DNA of 64,000 bases from Polyangiales bacterium (GCA_038251425.1 JBBSBI010000001.1:11585-75584), one strand, 5' to 3'; shown: positions 36,220 through 45,569, numbered from the stretch's first letter. Translations and numbers: made by a program. Notes: generated by a model from the sequence alone, not told the origin.

Positions 36220-38369
36220 GCGGCTTGTTGCTTAGTCGGGCGGAATTGGCGGATCTGTTTGACTCGGAAAGCAAAGTTTCGGCGCTCCTGCTCCGTGAGC
36301 CGGAGGCCTCCGAAGCGCGCTCTTAGGTAAATTTCTGTCAGCTCGGAGACTTCAGTCGCTAAGGGATGCGCGAGCGCCCGCATGGCGCGCGCATGGCCGA
36401 GTGGCGGGGTACTTGGAACACGACCAATTCCCTGCACGACCAGCGCAGCGTCGAGCGCCGCATACAACTCAACCACCTGAGAAAGCTGTCGTGCGAGTGG
36501 TTCTTTGAGAGTCCGTACTTTTGGGAGCTGCCAACCCCTCCGGCGGAGCCAAATCACCAAATAGACTAACACTGCAGCCCCGGCGAGCAGCAAGAGGACG
36601 CGACGCGGGGAGCCAAATGCGAACTTGAAGCCAGGGCGACCGCTGAGCTTACCGTACTTGGAGCGCACGGTGTCGAGCAGCGAAATCTGCTGTTTCAAGT
36701 CGTAGCCCACCACGTGCTGGTTCCAGCGTTGCGTTGTGGCATCTAGAAAATCCCGAAGCTGCGCCGCCGCGCCACTCATCTCGCTCACGGGCGCGGAGTC
36801 GGCGGGCGGAGTTGGATCGAAACGGATCCACCCGAGACGCGGTATGTACGCTTCGACCCAGGAATGGGCATCGCCTTGCCGCACGGCATAAAATCGGCCG
36901 TATTGATTGAAGGTGCCCCCGACGAAACCTGTGACGTTGCGTGAGGCGATTCCGACGGATCGAAGCATCATGGCCATCGCCGTGGAGTAGTATTCGCAGT
37001 GGCCGCGCCGGGATTCGAACAAGAAGTGATCGAGCGGATTTTTCGTGGCACCGGACGGCGTGTTGAGATCGTAACGATAACCCTTGCGCAGGCGAGTTTC
37101 GATGGCACGGGCCTGGGCAAGTGGGTTTGCTAGCCCTTGGATCCACTCCTGGGCGAGCGCGGAAGTGCGCTCCGTGAGATTCCGCGGCAACGTCAGGTAG
37201 CGCGCGTAATCGGAGGGGCGGAGCAGATCAAACGGTTGCTCGTTGGGCCCGGCTGCGAACACCTCATACCGCAGGCCACGCTCGGAAGCGCCTTCGTATT
37301 CCAACTGGTTTTCGCTTCCCAAGAACAGTGTCGGCTGCGGCTGGCTGATCGTGGCAGGCTGGCTCAACAGGCGGAGAGCGATCGTTTTAGGCGGGAGAAA
37401 CACGACGGGCGGCTCGATGGGCTCAAGCTCGATCTGCATCCGATGGTCCGCGGCGAAATCAGGGTTGCGATAGAGTTGGACTTCGGGACCGAACTGGACC
37501 GCCGGGATCCGCTGTTTCACGGAACGCGACCAGCTCCGACCGTCGTACGTGTCGAAGGCTGTTCCACGTAGATAAAGTGCCAGCCGCGGCGGAGGATCGG
37601 CTGGCAAGCCCGGGTAATGAACCCGCATCGCGATGGTCGAATCTGCGCGCAACCGCCCCACGCCACCCAAATCAACTCGATCACTGAAGCCAATCATGCG
37701 CTCAGGGCGGGCACGATTGAGCAACAGCAGCGATAGCCCCACGCGCGGAAACAGCACAAACAGCAAGGCTGTGAAAAGGAAAATGGGGATCGACATCAGA
37801 CAGGTCAGCGCCAAAAAAGGCCGACCAATCACCCGTCGGCTGCGTAGGATGCGCGGCACGTCCACGGGGAGCCCTGTGCGGTCGCGAGCCCCTTGGCGAT
37901 AGTTGCCCTCCACCTCGCGGCGCAGATGGCTGAGCACCAACGCGCCCGGTGCGACCATCAAGAAACCAACAAAACACAATCCATAAGAGATACCTCCGCC
38001 CAGCACTGTGCCCGCTATCAAGTGCAACAGGGCCAGCACGATCACCTGTTGATCGTGAGCAGCGCCGCGGCGAGTGGCGAGGCGAATCACCTGCAGGGCG
38101 GCCGCGAATTCGATCGAAAGGGGGAGAAATTCGGCACCCAGGCTGAAGCGCACAATCTGAAGTGTGAGCAGTGAAAGCGGGCCGACGAAACCAAAATGCC
38201 GAATGATAGCCCGATCTTGAAAGCGCTCCGGGATCAGCAACGCCATCACCAAGCCAATCAGCACCGACCAACTCATCGTGGGGTTGAGCTCGCCTGAACT
38301 CACCAGTGCAATGACGCCCAACGCTGCCAGCGCGTCGGTCATGATGCGATGAATGAGTCCGAATCTCAC
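36216..38369 (-). CDS. Transglutaminase-like membrane protein (TgpA-like: N-terminal TM bundle + transglutaminase core)
   Basis: Cys-His-Asp core: RRGHCEYYSTAMAMMLRSVGIASR, GDAHSWVEAY, IRFDPT. Multiple N-terminal TM helices. Confidence 0.85.
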   Translation of the reverse strand: MRFGLIHRIMTDALAALGVIALVSSGELNPTMSWSVLIGLVMALLIPERFQDRAIIRHFGFVGPLSLLTLQIVRFSLGAEFLPLSIEFAAALQVIRLATRRGAAHDQQVIVLALLHLIAGTVLGGGISYGLCFVGFLMVAPGALVLSHLRREVEGNYRQGARDRTGLPVDVPRILRSRRVIGRPFLALTCLMSIPIFLFTALLFVLFPRVGLSLLLLNRARPERMIGFSDRVDLGGVGRLRADSTIAMRVHYPGLPADPPPRLALYLRGTAFDTYDGRSWSRSVKQRIPAVQFGPEVQLYRNPDFAADHRMQIELEPIEPPVVFLPPKTIALRLLSQPATISQPQPTLFLGSENQLEYEGASERGLRYEVFAAGPNEQPFDLLRPSDYARYLTLPRNLTERTSALAQEWIQGLANPLAQARAIETRLRKGYRYDLNTPSGATKNPLDHFLFESRRGHCEYYSTAMAMMLRSVGIASRNVTGFVGGTFNQYGRFYAVRQGDAHSWVEAYIPRLGWIRFDPTPPADSAPVSEMSGAAAQLRDFLDATTQRWNQHVVGYDLKQQISLLDTVRSKYGKLSGRPGFKFAFGSPRRVLLLLAGAAVLVYLVIWLRRRGWQLPKVRTLKEPLARQLSQVVELYAALDAALVVQGIGRVPSTPPLGHARAMRALAHPLATEVSELTEIYLRARFGGLRLTEQERRNFAFRVKQIRQFRPTKQQAA

Positions 38370-39463
38370 GGAGTGGGCCCGCCTTCGCCCTTCGCGGCGA
38401 GCAAGTCATTTTCTGGAGTTGCCTGAAGGAGTGCCAAGAAGCGTAGTACCTGATCGGCGCCCTGGGCTGGGGTGCTGCGCACACTCTGACCTGCGTTCGT
38501 CTTCACCGCGACGTCGTTCCCACGCTTGAGTTCTGCAACCGCGCGCGAAGCCACCTCGCGAATACGCTGTTCAAAGCGTTGGCCCCAATCGTCCGCATTC
38601 GGTCCTCGCGGGCGAATGCTGTCCAGCATGTGCGTGACTTGGCGACGTGTGGTGCCACTCCGTTCCTTCAGCAGCACCTGATCGGGCAAGACGCTGCGGC
38701 GCCAGTAGATATCGTGCGAATCGTCACCCTCGCGCATGGGGCGAATGCCCATGATCTCATCACCCGTGCCGCGCCCTTCAGTCTGATTGGTGCCCCCTTT
38801 GGCGCCGGGAACCTCAGGAGGCAACCGGATCGGATCCACGGCGGGGTACACCAACAGCGTGCCTTCAATGTCAATTTCCCGCGATTTCTCGAAAAGACCG
38901 AAGGGGAATCGAGTGGCAATGCGAAATCCGACATGTCGATCAGGACCGCGGCGACCGGGCGTACGTCGATAGGCTGCCACTTGCGCCGATTTCGGGCTGA
39001 TCTTCAGAAAAAAGCAGCGCTTATCGGCGGGCTGTCCGGCACGCAGGTCTTCGACTTCAATTGCGTAAGAGGGGAGGCGTTGCTTCTGATTGAAGACCTC
39101 AATCTCAACCAGATGCGCTCGCCCGACTTGCGCGCGTTGGGGCAAGCGCCGAACGACCGTCAAGTGCCGAAGACTCGTCTCACTCAGCAAGCCCGAAACA
39201 ATGATCAGCGAAAGCAGCATGCCCAGCATCAAATACAGCAAATTATTGCCCGTATTGATGGCGGCAAAGCCGACGAAGAAGGTGATGAGGATGAAATATC
39301 TGCCCTCTCGGGTTAACTTCAATCTGCGAGGCGGCCGAAAGCGCCTGAGTAGTTGTCGAAAGCGCTGGCGGGAAGCCGAAGGCACACGCAGGCTCGGCGG
39401 CGCCGGATAGCTATCTTGCTGCACGACTGGGGTCGGAATGAAATCCGCACGCTCGAGTTTCAA
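38366..39463 (-). CDS. DUF58 family protein
   Basis: LTREGRYFILITFFVGFAAINTGNNLLYL and REGDDSHDIYWRRS are DUF58 hallmarks. It overlaps the start of the downstream gene by 4 nt. A TTG start at 39463 is assumed (17 nt after the MoxR stop). Confidence 0.8.
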   Translation of the reverse strand: MKLERADFIPTPVVQQDSYPAPPSLRVPSASRQRFRQLLRRFRPPRRLKLTREGRYFILITFFVGFAAINTGNNLLYLMLGMLLSLIIVSGLLSETSLRHLTVVRRLPQRAQVGRAHLVEIEVFNQKQRLPSYAIEVEDLRAGQPADKRCFFLKISPKSAQVAAYRRTPGRRGPDRHVGFRIATRFPFGLFEKSREIDIEGTLLVYPAVDPIRLPPEVPGAKGGTNQTEGRGTGDEIMGIRPMREGDDSHDIYWRRSVLPDQVLLKERSGTTRRQVTHMLDSIRPRGPNADDWGQRFEQRIREVASRAVAELKRGNDVAVKTNAGQSVRSTPAQGADQVLRFLALLQATPENDLLAAKGEGGPTP

Positions 39464-39479
39464 AGCCTCGCTCCCAGCG

Positions 39480-40484
39480 TCAAAGTGGAACGGGCACTCG
39501 AGCAACAATATCGCGCACAGCGCCTTCGGCTTCTTCCCGCGTCGGCATGTAGCCATCCGCGTGCGAGGCAAGGCGAACGCGGTGCGCCAAGAGCGGAACC
39601 GCGAGATCGTGAATGTCGTCAGCGATACAATAGCGTCTGCCGTTCAAGAGCGCGCGAGCTCTTGCCGCCTGAGAAAGATTCATGCCGGCTCGGGTAGAAG
39701 CTCCCAGCGTCAAGGTCGAGCTGTTGCGGGTCGCTGTGATCAGCGCTTGCAAGTAAGCTCCGAGCGCCGCGTCGATCGCGACTTGGTCAACCTTTAGCTG
39801 AAGCTCACACAGCGTTTCTGGATCCAAGACGGCGCGTACTCGGCCAGCTCGATCCTCAGGCGGTTCCAACATGAGCCGGGTCTCAACCGCTGCTGGCGGA
39901 TAGCCAATGCTGATGCGGACCATGAACCGATCGAGCTGGCTTTCAGGCAAGGGAAAAGTGCCGGCAAAATCCTGAGGGTTCTGCGTGGCGATCACAAAGA
40001 AAGGTCTGGGCAGCGGCAGCGAGCGCCCATCCACTGAGACTTGGCCATCATTCATCGCCTCCAGCAACGCCGATTGGGTACGCGGGCTGGCGCGGTTGAT
40101 CTCATCAGCTAGCAAAATGTTTCCGAAGACGGGGCCGTGCTTGAGCACGAATTCTCCGCGCTTCGCGTCGTAGATCGAGACACCAATCACGTCGCTCGGG
40201 AGCAGATCGCTCGTGAACTGAACGCGTCGCATTTCGCCGCCGACGGCGTTGGCAAGCGCACGCGCCAGTGTGGTCTTACCGACTCCGGGCACGTCCTCAA
40301 TCAGCACATGGCCGCGAGCAAGCAGCGCAAGCAATGCCAGCTCAACAACTTCCGACTTACCTTCGAGCGCCGATTCCACTGCGCTCCTCAAGTGAACGAG
40401 CTTCGAAGGGCCATCTTGCTCAAGGGCTAAAGCGGTCGAACTCATTGGCGCCATCGTAGCATGGGCAGCTGTCTCTCCCGCCAC
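39480..40484 (-). CDS. MoxR-family AAA+ ATPase
   Basis: Walker A DVPGVGKTTLARALA. Walker B/sensor LLADEINRASPRTQSALLEAM. Confidence 0.9.
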   Translation of the reverse strand: MAGETAAHATMAPMSSTALALEQDGPSKLVHLRSAVESALEGKSEVVELALLALLARGHVLIEDVPGVGKTTLARALANAVGGEMRRVQFTSDLLPSDVIGVSIYDAKRGEFVLKHGPVFGNILLADEINRASPRTQSALLEAMNDGQVSVDGRSLPLPRPFFVIATQNPQDFAGTFPLPESQLDRFMVRISIGYPPAAVETRLMLEPPEDRAGRVRAVLDPETLCELQLKVDQVAIDAALGAYLQALITATRNSSTLTLGASTRAGMNLSQAARARALLNGRRYCIADDIHDLAVPLLAHRVRLASHADGYMPTREEAEGAVRDIVARVPVPL

Positions 40485-40616
40485 CCCTCAAGGCTTGTTC
40501 GTTGCACTTGCACTCCGACCTCAGCGTCCAGAAGCGGGCACACTTTAGGCGGACCCAAGCAAATCGATGCAAGCCTGGCAGGGATCAGCTGCCCATTCTG
40601 TGTTATCTGGAAGTCA

Positions 40617-41261
40617 GTGGTTGAAATCCCATGGATCGAGGTGCGCGAAGTCACTCGCTTGTTTGGCGCCACGGCTGCCCTTCGGGGAGTCAGCGCGCGC
40701 TTCGAAGCGGGCACGATCACCTTCATCCGAGGTTCCAACGGTGCAGGTAAGAGCACCTTGCTCGCTATCTTAGGCACGATGCTTTCGCCAACGCGCGGCC
40801 GCGTTTGGTACGAACCCGTGGGCGAAGACAAACAGGCGATTCGCAGTCAGCTGGGTTGGGTCGCCCACGATTCTCTCTGTTATCCAGAGCTGAGCGGACG
40901 TGAGAACGTGGAGTTGGCTGCACGCATGTTCGGCGTGGACCCCGCGTTGGGCTGGCAGCGCGTGGCAGCTCGCGTTGGGACGGAAGGGTTTGGTGAAAGA
41001 CCGTTCGGCACTCTCAGCCGAGGGCAACGCCAGAGGATCGCACTCGGGCGAGCATTAGTTCATTCCCCAGCGGTTTTGCTGTTGGATGAGCCCTGGAGCG
41101 GACTCGACCAGGCCAGCAGTGATCGGCTGGCAACGATCGCTGGCGAGGAGCGTGACCGTGGAGCCATCGTGGTCATTATCGCGCATGGCGAAGAGTGGTC
41201 GAAGCGCCTCAATGCGCGTTCAATTTTCGTAGAGCGCGGCAAGATCGTTGAGTCGGCATAG
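40617..41261 (+). CDS. ABC transporter ATP-binding protein (CcmA-like size, no adjacent permease)
   Basis: Walker A GSNGAGKSTL. Signature LSRGQRQRIALGRAL. Walker B LLLDEPWSGLD. The start is taken at GTG 40617. Confidence 0.8.
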   Translation: MVEIPWIEVREVTRLFGATAALRGVSARFEAGTITFIRGSNGAGKSTLLAILGTMLSPTRGRVWYEPVGEDKQAIRSQLGWVAHDSLCYPELSGRENVELAARMFGVDPALGWQRVAARVGTEGFGERPFGTLSRGQRQRIALGRALVHSPAVLLLDEPWSGLDQASSDRLATIAGEERDRGAIVVIIAHGEEWSKRLNARSIFVERGKIVESA

Positions 41262-41320
41262 CAACGGCGCGCGTCGGACAGAATCCCCGACGAACCCCTG
41301 ACGTACGTTCGTGGCCAGGC

Positions 41321-42043
41321 TCATGCCAACAGCAAGAGCTGCTCAGCCAGGGTGGATAACTGCTCGGGACGGTCTCGCTCAGCAGACCAAAGTCGCGTGA
41401 GGGGTGAGAGCTCGAACATTCCTCGCAGCCGCTGAAGCTCTCGCAGATTGGTCCCGGTACTCGGATCGGGAAGCGCCGCCTGACTGAGAATAATATGCTG
41501 CACGCTCACGCCCCGACTTTTGAGCGCGGGCACCACCGCTCCCACGTCATGGAGCACCCCAAGTCGATCCGCCGCGACCAGGATCACGACGTCGGGATTG
41601 AGTGAAACGGTAAGGTCCACGTTGGTGTGCCTGGGGGACAAGGGCGAAAAAGCGCCGCCAGCGGTTTCGATGAAACACCAAGTGGGGCCCAAGACGGAGG
41701 GGCGAACGTGCCGTGTCTCGTCGTCCACTGCCAGTTCCCCACGAGCCCGAACAGCCGCTTCATTTCGACGGACCCAAGCCTGGATGGCTGGGAGTTCAAT
41801 CTCCCGGCCGCTGCTTGCTGCCGCGAGGTGAGGGGATATACCGTCCAGAAAACCCAATAGCGGGTGCGCGTTGAGCGGAACCGTCCATCCACTAGCAGCT
41901 TCAAGTTGAGGCGCATCGCTCCCCCGAGGCGGCCGCTCTCCCGGTCCAGGAACCGCACTCAGCCCAGATTCAACTGGCTTGAGCGCCAGCGCCTGCCCAG
42001 CGGAATTGAGCTCGCGCAGCGCTGAGACCAGAGCGACCGTCAC
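41321..42043 (-). CDS. bioD: Dethiobiotin synthase body; its P-loop (MPRVVVLGAGTGVGKTG*) is encoded at 42093-42040 in another frame
   Basis: VTVALVSAL...LALKPVESG... is BioD-like. See the frameshift finding. Confidence 0.7.
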   Translation of the reverse strand: MTVALVSALRELNSAGQALALKPVESGLSAVPGPGERPPRGSDAPQLEAASGWTVPLNAHPLLGFLDGISPHLAAASSGREIELPAIQAWVRRNEAAVRARGELAVDDETRHVRPSVLGPTWCFIETAGGAFSPLSPRHTNVDLTVSLNPDVVILVAADRLGVLHDVGAVVPALKSRGVSVQHIILSQAALPDPSTGTNLRELQRLRGMFELSPLTRLWSAERDRPEQLSTLAEQLLLLA

Positions 42044-42077
42044 CCGGTCTTGCCCACGCCAGTGCCGGCTCCAAGAA

Positions 42078-43259
42078 CTACGACGCGCGGCATACTGCTG
42101 CGAGCTCCTTCACCAGACGTTCTGAGCTTGCCTGGCTGAGGCTCGCTTGAAGTGTGATTCTTAGCCGCTCGGTCCCAGGCGGCACCGTCGGAGAACGAAT
42201 CGCCTGGGCCAGAATTCCACGCTCTGCGAGTCGGGCAGCAGCATTCAACACGCGCTCGTTTCGCGGCATCAACACCGGGATGATGGGTCCGAACGACTTA
42301 CCGACTGGAACATCTGACTGCTGGAGGCCCGCGCGGATCTCCTGAGCCAGCGCCGCCAGGCGTGCCCGCTCAGCCTCCATGTTCTGGGCTTGTTTCACGT
42401 GAAACAGGGATATCTGGGAAAGCAGCGGTGATGGGGCCGTCGAGAAGACGAAACTTCGAGCTCGATTCCAAAGCAAGTTGCGAAGGCTTGTCGAACCAGC
42501 CACAAAGGCGCCTTGGCTCCCGACTGCCTTTCCCAAGGTCCCGATGATGGCATCCGGGCGAACTCCCGCGAGCGAACAGAGACCAGCACCTGCCGCCCCC
42601 ATAACACCCAAGGCGTGCGCCTCATCCACAATCAATCCAGCTCCGTAGCGTTGGCAAACTGCCGCCACCCGAGCGAGCTCCGGACCGTCTCCATCCATGC
42701 TGAAGTAGGACTCGGTGACGAACCATCGGGGCTGCTCAGGCGGAAGCTCAGAGAGCAACCGCTCTAACGCAAGCAAGTCCAGGTGCGGAACCTTGAGCAC
42801 TCGGGCACGGCTCAGCCGGCAGCCGTCAACAATCGAGGCGTGGTTGAGCGCGTCGCTCAGAATCACGTCGCCTTCTCCAGCCACCGCTCCCAAGACGCCA
42901 AGGTTCGCGGCGAAACCACTGCTGAAAAGCAATGCAGCTTCAGCACCGACCCAATCGGCCAATGACCCTTCTAGGTCCACATGTGCACGGTGACTGCCAT
43001 GCACTAGCCGCGAAGCGCCGCTCCCGGCCGGTGCGGAACCGTGGGCGTTGTGCCCGGCTGTTTCACGTGAAACAGCAGCTGGCGCTTCACGGTGGGTAAG
43101 CGCTAGGTAATCGTTGCTGCTGGCATCAATGAATGCGACGCCGAGTGCCTCTGCGGCGGCCTTTGCACGACGCCGAGCTGAGCCATCGTCAGGCACTCGA
43201 AACAAGCCGCGCTGCTCCAAGGCCTGCAACTCCTCGTCAATGGCGTGTGGATGCACCAC
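42078..43259 (-). CDS. bioF: 8-amino-7-oxononanoate synthase
   Basis: PLP-dependent acyltransferase pattern: SNDYLAL, DEAHALGVMG, GTLGKAVGSQGAFV (PLP lysine). Confidence 0.9.
   Translation of the reverse strand: MVHPHAIDEELQALEQRGLFRVPDDGSARRRAKAAAEALGVAFIDASSNDYLALTHREAPAAVSRETAGHNAHGSAPAGSGASRLVHGSHRAHVDLEGSLADWVGAEAALLFSSGFAANLGVLGAVAGEGDVILSDALNHASIVDGCRLSRARVLKVPHLDLLALERLLSELPPEQPRWFVTESYFSMDGDGPELARVAAVCQRYGAGLIVDEAHALGVMGAAGAGLCSLAGVRPDAIIGTLGKAVGSQGAFVAGSTSLRNLLWNRARSFVFSTAPSPLLSQISLFHVKQAQNMEAERARLAALAQEIRAGLQQSDVPVGKSFGPIIPVLMPRNERVLNAAARLAERGILAQAIRSPTVPPGTERLRITLQASLSQASSERLVKELAAVCRAS
42391..42406. promoter_or_regulatory. 16-bp perfect palindrome TGTTTCACGTGAAACA inside bioF (site 1)
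   Basis: Read directly. In the bioF frame it encodes LFHVKQ. Confidence 0.4.
43057..43076. promoter_or_regulatory. 20-bp perfect palindrome GCTGTTTCACGTGAAACAGC inside bioF (site 2), same 16-bp core as site 1
   Basis: Read directly. It encodes AVSRETA, a different frame relative to the motif than at site 1. Confidence 0.4.
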
Positions 43260-43583
43260 CCGGATTTAGCAGCTACGGAGCGAATGAGGTGACGGAATTT
43301 GAGGTGCTATCACCGAGAAGATCACTGCCAGCAGGCACCCATGCGGCTCAGTCGCTTTCCTCAATATCCCAGAAGGTTGTTGTTCGAGGGCGCCCTGTTT
43401 TATAAGGACTCATATGTCCTAATACAATATCCTTTCATTTCAAATATTTACTGAGGCATCGGCAAATGATGCGCCACCCACGTTCACGATGGAAAGCGAG
43501 CCCGCACTCCCTGGCTCTACCCAAAAGCCGAGCGCTGTCGTGAAAGCGTGCGTTCCACTGATTAAAAGGATACGCTCGTCTCT

Positions 43584-44201
43584 ATGGAGCGCTTCGAGGA
43601 AGAGCTGCTGGCACCGGGACGCGGCCAGCATGATCGTCTTCTTCCGCGCCCTGAACGCAGCCAGCAGCAACGGAGGCGCTTGCTCAGAGCCGTGGCCATC
43701 TCATTCTCGCAGCCCGGCGACGCGACAGTGCAATCGGTTGTGAAGATTGCGGGTGTTTCACGAAACACCTTCTATGAACACTTCGAGAATATTGAGCCGG
43801 CGCTGGCAGGGGCGGCGGAATTTGCGGGTGAGCTCCTTGAGCACGCGCTCGCTCGCAGGCTGGAAGTGGAACGCACGCCAGTCGCCCGATTTAGAGCACT
43901 CGTGAGCGAGAGTTTTGACTGGTTGCAGAGAGAACAGGCATGGGCGGAAATTCTCGCACGGAAACCAGGAGGCGGCGCCGCACCGAACCTTTCGGTGCTT
44001 GGAAAGGTTCTGCAGAAGACCTTGCGTTCGTGTTTGACGAGTGCCTGGCGAGATATGCGGCTTCAGGGTAACATCAGGCCGGTGCGGCTGGTTGCGGCTG
44101 TCGTCTCGCTTGAGGAGCTTCTCCGCCTGTATGCCCACGCCAAGCTGGAGCCAGAACTCGAGGACGAAATCGTGGCGGTGCTAGTAGGGCTATTCCACTG
44201 A
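43584..44201 (+). CDS. TetR/AcrR-family transcriptional regulator, divergent from bioF
   Basis: HTH region ATVQSVVKIAGVSRNTFYEHFENIE. Confidence 0.85.
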   Translation: MERFEEELLAPGRGQHDRLLPRPERSQQQRRRLLRAVAISFSQPGDATVQSVVKIAGVSRNTFYEHFENIEPALAGAAEFAGELLEHALARRLEVERTPVARFRALVSESFDWLQREQAWAEILARKPGGGAAPNLSVLGKVLQKTLRSCLTSAWRDMRLQGNIRPVRLVAAVVSLEELLRLYAHAKLEPELEDEIVAVLVGLFH

Positions 44202-44277
44202 AGTTTCTGGCTACGGCTAAAGCTGCAAGGCTTCGAAGCTTTCCATTCCGGGGTCGGGGTGCTACCGTCAGCAGCCA

Positions 44278-44625
44278 ATGGCCGAGAGCGCGATTGAACT
44301 GCAGGTGGGTGGGCAAAGCTACCGAGTAGTTTCGCGCTCCACCGACGAGGAGCTGAAGCGCTTAGCCAAAGTTGTGGACACCAAGCTCCGTGATTTGGTT
44401 CCGAGCGGTCGCCAAATCCCAACCCAGGCTTTGTTACTGGTGGCGATGGCGCTGGCTCACGAAGTGGAGGCAGAGCGCGAGCGACGCATCGAAATCGAGA
44501 GGCGCTCCAAGGAGCTACTCTCAAGCATGTTGACGCGGATCGATGCTGCCATCGAAACCTGTGACCTGACTGAAGAACAGCTACTGCGTGGACAGCCTGC
44601 TTTGGCCCCGCAACACGACACCTAA
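44278..44625 (+). CDS. zapA: Cell division protein ZapA
   Basis: IELQVGGQSYRVVSRSTDEELKRLAKVVDTKLRDL...ALLLVAMALAHEV followed by a C-terminal coiled coil. Confidence 0.8.
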   Translation: MAESAIELQVGGQSYRVVSRSTDEELKRLAKVVDTKLRDLVPSGRQIPTQALLLVAMALAHEVEAERERRIEIERRSKELLSSMLTRIDAAIETCDLTEEQLLRGQPALAPQHDT

Positions 44626-44653
44626 GCCGCGAAGTGGACTAGCTAGACGAAGC

Positions 44654-45376
44654 TCACGGCCCGACGACAGGAGCTTGCCTGCAAACCCCGCTGCTGCCCG
44701 CGCAAAGCCTGCAATCGACGGGTTCGTCCACACCGAACTGACAGGTTGGATCGACCATCACGTCCGGCCCAGCCGTGCAGACACCCGTGGCATCCAAAGC
44801 TGCCGCTGGATACCGAATCAAACATCCGTTGCAAACTTCGATCGTGTACAGAAACTCGGCCGATTGAACGTCGACTCCACCCAGCGTCTTTCCAAACACG
44901 CGGACGTGCGCGATGTAGACCTGACCAGGGTCGCCCACCGAGCCAGGAAGCAGTGTCGCGAAAAACACTCCGCGCCCAGGTTCACGACCGTTGCCGGGAT
45001 TGACAAATCCAGTGCCCGGAGTGGTGTACTCAGCGATCGCAGTGCCCGTGGATGTAGTGACCCGAACAATGGCGCCTTCTAGGCTGATGCGCGACGTTTC
45101 CACCCTGAGCCGCTCGGGATCCGAACGCTGCACCAGCTGATTGCCGACGAGCAAAGCTGCTGTGTAGGGGACCTCGCCGAACACCCGATCCACCACACCA
45201 GTGCCAAGTAGAGTGGAGCCGGCATCTGCCTTAAAAACGCAGGCTGGAGCCTCGGGCTGCAAGACGCCCTCAATGTAGAGTGAGGTTTCTTGATCTGTAC
45301 AGCTTGCCGCAGAGGCGGCGGCCCCGAGGATCAGGAATGAACTAGCTAGAAAACCTCGAGTGAGCGGATGCGCCAT
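44654..45376 (-). CDS. Cys-rich lipoprotein, unknown function
   Basis: MAHPLTRGFLASSFLILGAAASAASC has a lipobox. The C-terminal region has about 8 Cys. Confidence 0.5.
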   Translation of the reverse strand: MAHPLTRGFLASSFLILGAAASAASCTDQETSLYIEGVLQPEAPACVFKADAGSTLLGTGVVDRVFGEVPYTAALLVGNQLVQRSDPERLRVETSRISLEGAIVRVTTSTGTAIAEYTTPGTGFVNPGNGREPGRGVFFATLLPGSVGDPGQVYIAHVRVFGKTLGGVDVQSAEFLYTIEVCNGCLIRYPAAALDATGVCTAGPDVMVDPTCQFGVDEPVDCRLCAGSSGVCRQAPVVGP

Positions 45377-45569
45377 GGTGTCGAATCGTAAAGGCAAGTG
45401 AGAGCGTTCAACGCCCTCCGACTAGAGTGTATCGAGGCTTTTGCGTGGACGCCAATATTCCGGGCAAGCGTACAGAGTGTGCTTACCGAAGCACCGCCAA
45501 TAAACGGCAGTTTTATAGACTGGCTCAGCCCACGCCCAAGGACTGGCGCTCGGGCCAAAGTCTTCCGTG

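Noticed and set aside
40491-40506. AGGCTT-GTTCG-TTGCA, sigma-54-like spacing upstream of the ABC ATPase gene
   Set aside because: The -24 element is poor (AGGCTT versus TGGCAC). Such partial matches are expected by chance several times per window.
44626-44653. Expected 6S RNA (ssrS) downstream of zapA, as in E. coli
   Set aside because: Only 28 nt separate zapA from the convergent lipoprotein gene, so there is no room for a roughly 180-nt RNA. The 76-nt gap upstream of zapA is also too short.
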